The translations under genes were made by a program, and so were the position numbers. A DNA stretch of 55,668 nucleotides, filler included, from Sphacelaria rigidula (Eukaryota), in assembly GCA_964200075.2 (NCBI GenBank). It is 4 parts of 4 records of this genome, joined end to end, with 100 filler letters (N's around TTAATTAATTAA, not from the genome) between each part and the next. Parts side by side here need not be neighbours in the genome. Positions count along the whole stretch, not along the records: positions 41,832 to 55,668 come from CAXNAA020002635.1; 3 more parts are not named here. The stretch is one strand, 5' to 3'. The notes under the pieces were generated by a model, which ran no database searches, had not been told where the DNA came from, and saw nothing but the letters and a program-made list of their open reading frames with translations. Positions within the stretch are counted from its first letter, which is position 1. Each line of letters opens with the position of its first letter. Below are positions 49,756 through 55,668 of this stretch, in pieces.

Positions 49756-52002
49756 TGTTGGTACGGAAATGTTAGGTACGGGAGTGTTCCTCTAGGTATG
49801 CTTTATTAACCGCTCATGACTTGACGAGTAAAGAAAAATCGTAGTTTTCGCTGCTTTGAGGATAAACCCTCGCAGCTGTAATTAAGGTTCGTCTGGGTAA
49901 GTTTGTGCCATGAAGATGCATACTAGCCTGTTGTCATGCCGCTTCAGACCCGTTGTCGAAGTCTGGCTTTCGGTAATATTGGGAATCCCGGTAGAAAAGG
50001 AATCCCGGTAGACAAGACTACAGGTCTGTTCAGAGTTGGTCGGATACGAATGTGAACCTGTATTATTACAGGGATGGCTTTGTCTTTGATCGTGCTACAC
50101 GATCAAAGCCCCCCCCGTCAACCACTATCAACTGCTCCTCTATTTCCCTTCAGCAAAAGAAGTCTAACTATCGGTGAGACGCATTGGGTTGAATTGGACT
50201 GATTGAGTGGGTACTGGAGTTAGGATCAAGATGATCAAGAGAGAATTGAAGAACCTATTCGCGTGAACCTCGTCTGATATTTGGATGCTGAGCAGATCAC
50301 ACGGTATCTACAAGTTGTAGCAGTCTGACGGTTGTACACTTGTCTGCCAAGCTTGTGCCTTGGCTTGCAAGCTGTGTCCTTGCATTGTACTGCCGCTTGC
50401 TCTTGATTGCATTGGTGTTCGACTAAGGAGCTTCTTCTTTGGCTATCGCGTTTATTTCTTATACCGATTTGTATCCCTGGCTGCCAGCTGTGTACTCCAG
50501 CTTTTTAATCATTTGTCCCTTTTCCCTTCAGGACGGTTCTAATCAAATCTACCGCCCAGGCAGTCAGTAGCTCTCGAGCTTCTGCCCCGCGTGTCTCTCG
50601 GTAAAGCGTGTTTGTGCCCTTCTACTTGCAATTGTTGTAGCGCTAGACGCCACATCTTGTGTGGTCAACGTGGGGTCAACTCACACTGCTTGCTGTTCTT
50701 GCCGTGCTGTTAATTTAACATCACCTGCACAAGGCCCAACGGTATCAGTCCCGCCTGCACGACTTGTGAATCTTCTCTTGATTCAACAGCCCGGCACGAC
50801 TCCCGCACCAAGCCATCTTTGGCTCGTGTATTTGGTCTTGTGGCCCCCTTTCCTTCTGCAGAATAGGTCTTCTACTTCAGGTTTGTACAGAACAACAGTG
50901 CACAAAGGCGCACTGTTGTTCATAGCCAGCCGCTGTTCCTGACCTGAGCTCCTGCCAAGCCGGCACGCTGCTGCTCTTATTTTTCAGTATCGATTGTACG
51001 CGACTGTTGTATCTTTCTTTCATGAAATTACTGAACAAGTACAGACCGTGTTCACACAGTGTGATAACGGATGTCTGTACACGAACTTTGGATTGTTCCG
51101 GTACTTTACCTTCGTTGCTCATAGCGACCTTGTTGTTGTAGCTTTGGCTTCGTTGCTTGTGGCTACTTTGTTCTTGTTGTCCTCTTTGTACTTCGCACAG
51201 CCGTAAGGCAACGCGGTACATCACCGTGGTAAGTAACAATACACAGCATAACGTACTGTGAGTTTTTTCTGCTTTGACCCCTTCTCGAACGAACAAATTT
51301 ATTGTTCCGAGACGGTTTCGTTGAAATACTAGTAGTTGAAACATTTCAACCTCCGTTACGTGCTCATTTGAGCAGATAGCACTCGAAATCGGTGCCCCTT
51401 GCCTGTGCACTACAACGTTTTCGGCACCCGCTCCCAGCGTTGCCCCTGTTGTGCATCACATCACCTTTGTTCGACATACATACGTTGTCTCAACTTCGTT
51501 GGATAACAAGCCTTCGCTCTGCACTACGCAGTCCGAGTTCGCGGTCTACAACCCAAGCTTTGTAAAAGCTTTTGCGCTGCCTTACGCTGGACAGCTTTCG
51601 TGTGCATCTGAGAAAATGTATCTATATATTTAGTTCTTTTCATTTGCAAACCGCCAGTCGTTCCTCAACTTGTGCTGGGATCATAAAGTGATAGTCTTCC
51701 CGTGACGCTACATCCGGAACACGTGTAAGTTGTTCTTCCACGTACCAACGCTGCTACAGACGCTCGGGTCTTCACTTGTCATCGGCGACATACGCCTGTT
51801 CTTCGTACAACCCCGTGCTAGCTATTACCGCCACAACTTGAATAAAGTTGTATTAATCAGACCCCGGACAAAGTTGTTACAAACCGCGATTCGCTTGAAT
51901 ACATTACTCAAGTATATCAGGTCCCACGGTCCCCTCAGGCGCTATTAGGCTTCATTATCCCGTATTTTCAGGATCAAGCTCCGGCTTCTGCATGTAGCAT
52001 CA
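49744..52002 (+). repeat. Candidate long terminal repeat / inter-ORF spacer shared between two tandem internal domains
   Basis: Position between the PPT and the next gag. Possible ends TGTTGGTAC (49756) and GTAGCATCA (~52002) form a 7/9 inverted match, followed by cc-TGGTGTCA (8-nt match to a tRNA-Leu-type PBS). No second LTR copy is in the window to confirm this. Confidence 0.35.
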
Positions 52003-52303
52003 CCTGGTGTCACGCTCCTTTGATTAGGGCCGCAGGCCAGACGTACTGTACCTTCCTTTTTAAGCACAAAGGCTGCGTACGACCATCATGTCGCACAAAA
52101 ATAACGCTGGCTCTTCCCCTCAATTGAGAAACCAACCGCTTCGCCGGACCCGGAGTCAAACTACTGGCGGTTCGAAATCTTTCAAGATGAGCGGCACGCT
52201 ACGTTCAGCACATCGCCGCACGTAGGCGAGCGCTATTTGTTCTTCGGGATATGAAGATCAACATTCGAGCGAAGCTCATTCTTCAACACTTGAAGACCAG
52301 ACT

Positions 52304-55300
52304 TTGACGCCGAGACCTGTTCTCTCACGTTCCGACTCGGACTCAGAGAACATGGCAGTGCACCCGGCTGAGTCAGCGGTTCCTGACGCGCATGTCAGTG
52401 AGCCCATAACGTTGGATTCCGTCGAACACCCCTCGCTGGCCCCTGCTCCTCCGCATCCCAATGTGGAATCCGGAGTTGGGATTGTGCCCTCAGTCGAGTC
52501 GTTGCCCCTGGACACACGTGTCAAACTCGTCCCTGTCACGGTTGCTTCAACCGTGGCATCCCGTCGCTTGACGGCTGACAACTCTTGAGACTATTCTGTC
52601 CCGACGAAGCGCATCGCTTCTGGAGCAAGAGACTTTGTCACACGGGCTGCTTCCGTTACGGACCTCCTTCGCACGACTCTTGATAGTCCCATGCGCCCTA
52701 CTGCGCAGTCCAGTGTCGGACCTGGAGTTGCGGCCATTCATGCTGCCATGCAAACTCTGCATCGCACCTCCTCGGCGTCATCGCCATCGCCAGCACCAGC
52801 TCTCATCGAGGCATTTACGGCTTTTTGCCACGCCACGCTCTAAGATTAGTCGGCGTCTGCTCATGTGCAATTCAATGATGATTCTGCACTTGCCACGCCC
52901 AAACCCGTACGTGTGGCGACCCGTTCGGCGACATTGCGTCCTCCGTTCGTCACTCATGATAAATTCGACAAACATGAGTCCAGCCCTTCCTCAACGTCGC
53001 AGCAGCGCCATACTCGCGCTTCTGACCGGCGCCGCACACCGAGACTTGGTCATGACCATGTCTCCCGTTCTAGCAGTTCTAAGGGCCACTCCCAGCAAAG
53101 CTTGAACTCATCGCGCGCTTCCACACGCCCGAAGAGTATCGCTCATGGACACAAATCTGGAGGTAGTTCGCGCCATAGTTCCAATTCATCCCGCGCTCCT
53201 AAGCGCCCGATAAACACTAACCATGGCCGTACTCACGACGATGCCTTGCGGCCCAGATCAAGTTCTTCGCGCGTTCACTCGCGCTTGAACAACTCCGATC
53301 ATGCACCTTCGCCCATCTATACTGCTCAGCCTTTGTCGCACAACCGTTATGTACGCAATGATAACACTGTGCATGCTGACGATATCCAAAACATGTTTTC
53401 GGACATGTCACCGGCTCCGGAATCCTTACTTGCAGGATCTGACTGCACTTCATCGCACAACCGACGACAACGCACTGACCGCGAACCACCGTCTCGTTCC
53501 GACGCTGCGCTTATTCGTTCTCTGCAACAACGTTTGGCAGATCTCGAACGGCAACTCGCAACAGCAACCATGGACACCAAGTGCACTACCGCTGCTGCCA
53601 AGCCTACGAGGAAGACCACCAACGCCGCTCCCACTACCGCCGCAGCCGTCACAACCGTGGTTACTGCGCCTTCTGCCGCAGCCACTGCAGCCACGACCCC
53701 AACTCCTGCTGCCGCCCAGCCTGCAGTAGACACTGATGCGGATAGTGGTCCCACCACTGCCCCTGTCGGGGATGTCTCTGTGCACTCGCCTCCTTCGGTA
53801 GAGGATCTTCCTCCGCTCGGCGACGAGCATTACCCCACCGGGCTTATCTTGAGATTATTCCAGGACCGCCCCCGCGCGGAACAAGAACGGCTCAATTAAG
53901 ACTACAAGTACCAAGCCCCGGCGCTAGCTCGCAATATACTAGACCAGCAACGCAATGCTGACGAGGCTGCCGCCCGCCTCCTTTTGGAGGAACATGCTTT
54001 AAAGCTGAACGATTTTCAGCGACAGGCTTCACTTGCCCAAGCCACCAAGACGGCGGCGCACAGGGCATTAGAAAAAGGGCAGACTGCAGCCTTGACGGCA
54101 CAAAGGAGGGTTGCCGAGCTACAAGATCATGTTCGGCGCACTACGCAAGAAGCGGATTCGTCGATGGAGCGGGTGACACAGCATCAAGCCTCCCCGCCGC
54201 CTTCCGCCGACCACTTGCTTGAAGCTCGACCTCCTCGACAGCCCACGAACACCAGGTCGGACTACGTGATTCCACGTAAGTCCGACAGGGCGTCATCTGT
54301 CGCGGCCGCCGCCGCCCCCACGCCGCCTCGTGCACCTGGCCCGGCGGTCACTGCCAGCTCCTCCACACGCTTGCAACTTGCACCATACGAACGAGTGTGG
54401 CTTTCTCGGTCTGCGGCCGATTATACTGGCCCCTTTCACCGAAACAATCACCTGCACTGTTCCCGCCACGCTTGGAACACCATATCCCAACGCATATTAG
54501 CCGTTACTGGCGGCTACGTGGAACAGGGCGGCTTCTTCCCGGACGCCGGCGTGTCGGCGATCACCTTGGGCCAACTGGTCCTCCAGGCGACAATCGGCGA
54601 TAGTCCGCATCTCCACCGGTACGTCGACACTGTCACCGACCTTTTTGCGGCGCTACGCACCGCTTCTAACTCTGATCCCGGCACGACTCTCCCCGACGAT
54701 GACGGAGATGAGGATGGGTGGACCACCACGACCTCCAATTGTGGGGTCACAAGAAGAATCACCGTCGCGATGACGATGACAACAATGGCGGGAATTCACG
54801 CCGCCACCATGGCGGTGGAGGATCCTCTTCGGGCGGCTCCGGATCAAACCGCCCGCCCCGCAAGCCGAAAGGCAAGCATACCGGAGGCAACTCTTCCGGA
54901 TCATCCGCATCGGCCTGGAACCGGTCCGGTGCAGCTCTTCCCGCCTCGGGCTCGTAGACCCCCAGGCAGGTGGTTCCTAAGTTGGCTGATGTTTCGGCCC
55001 GCATTTTAGGTTTGTCCGATACGGATACACCTGACCGTCCTTTGTCCTCTGCTGCAGCCCGCGCTTTAGCAACCGCCGCGGCTGACAAAGAACGTTCGGA
55101 AGCTAGCAAAAAAGCAGCTTCCGATGGAGCTGTGTCTGCCCGAGTAGCTGCAATACAAAGACAGTATATTCAGATGGATGTGAAAAAACACTGGCACATA
55201 CAAACCATGCCTGCCGCAGATAACGAAGATTCGGGCCAGTTTACTTCTGCCCTCATCACGTCCATCCGCCGCACTGTTTGTAACATTCTTCGCTTGGCGG

Positions 55301-55668
55301 ATGTGACTGGCACACAACGTTTCGAAGACGCAGACTGGGTAGAGGACTAGCAGACTCCCTTGCACAAAGCAATACATCGATCGATCAGCCGCCGCTCTCC
55401 CGACCTCGCTGCTTCTTTGACGCAGGTACTCGACGGATTCCTCGCGGAGATGGACCCGGATCGTTCCCAAGGGAAGACAGGCCCGCAATTACTCTCTGAT
55501 TTGGAAAGGCGTCTCATAGGCTACTTTGACAAAAGTGATCAAGCCAGCGTCATCCAGAGGCTGAATTCTTTTGTCGTCGCATCTGATGTCCCCTTCGCGG
55601 ATTATCTCCGCGAATTTAAGCTTTTGGTTTCGGGTACGACGGGTGTCGGACGCCAGAATGGACCGAGC
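52304..55668 (+). pseudogene. gag: gag, N-terminal part of the next copy: long low-complexity/coiled-coil extension leading into the capsid-like region
   Basis: ORFs 52304, 52865 and 53984 share one frame, broken only by isolated stops. After a frameshift near 54715, ORFs 54718 and 54970 run into sequence ~96% identical to 41832-42396. Confidence 0.75.
55105..55668 (+). repeat. Direct repeat of 41832-42396
   Basis: By-eye alignment gives about 23 substitutions and 1 indel over 565 nt. Confidence 0.97.

Larger units (their letters stand above)
41832..55668 (+). mobile_element. Decayed Ty3/Gypsy chromodomain-bearing LTR retrotransposon; one permuted 13273-bp unit (3' gag, pol, spacer/LTR, then 5' gag of the next copy)
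   Basis: Domain order Gag(CCHC)-PR-RT-RNaseH-IN-chromodomain. 41832-42396 recurs at 55105-55668. Confidence 0.93.

Noticed and set aside
41832-55668. Contig 4 as a circular (episomal or viral) molecule with terminal overlap
   Set aside because: The terminal repeats differ at ~4% of positions with independent disabling mutations. An overlap from one circle should be essentially identical.

Overview
Eukaryotic, intron-rich, transposon-rich DNA that looks like a brown alga (Phaeophyceae). That assignment is inferred from Ectocarpus-style 72-nt LRR exons and long GT-AG introns. The window is not one locus: four contigs of 13850, 13842, 13839 and 13837 bp are joined by artificial 100-nt N44-TTAATTAATTAA-N44 spacers in descending size order. 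Contig 1 (1-13850) holds the 5' part of a LINE and a minus-strand LRR gene built from phase-1 72-nt exons. Contig 2 (13951-27792) holds a fold-back Tourist-like MITE and a three-exon gene for a 715-aa protein with a long disordered N-terminus and four C-terminal transmembrane helices. Contig 3 (27893-41731) holds a 5'-incomplete minus-strand TALE homeodomain transcription factor gene with a KNOX-like homeodomain, a candidate relative of the brown-algal life-cycle regulators ORO/SAM. Contig 4 (41832-55668) is one circularly permuted 13.27-kb unit of a decayed Ty3/Gypsy retrotransposon. Its Gag ORF is very large and its integrase ends in a chromodomain followed by an apparent Tudor-like domain. 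A ~3-kb pol-to-gag spacer carries antisense coding remnants, and a 205-bp TG...CA MITE with telomere-like motifs sits in RT. No rRNA, intact tRNA or CRISPR array was found. All exon models and alignments were made by eye.
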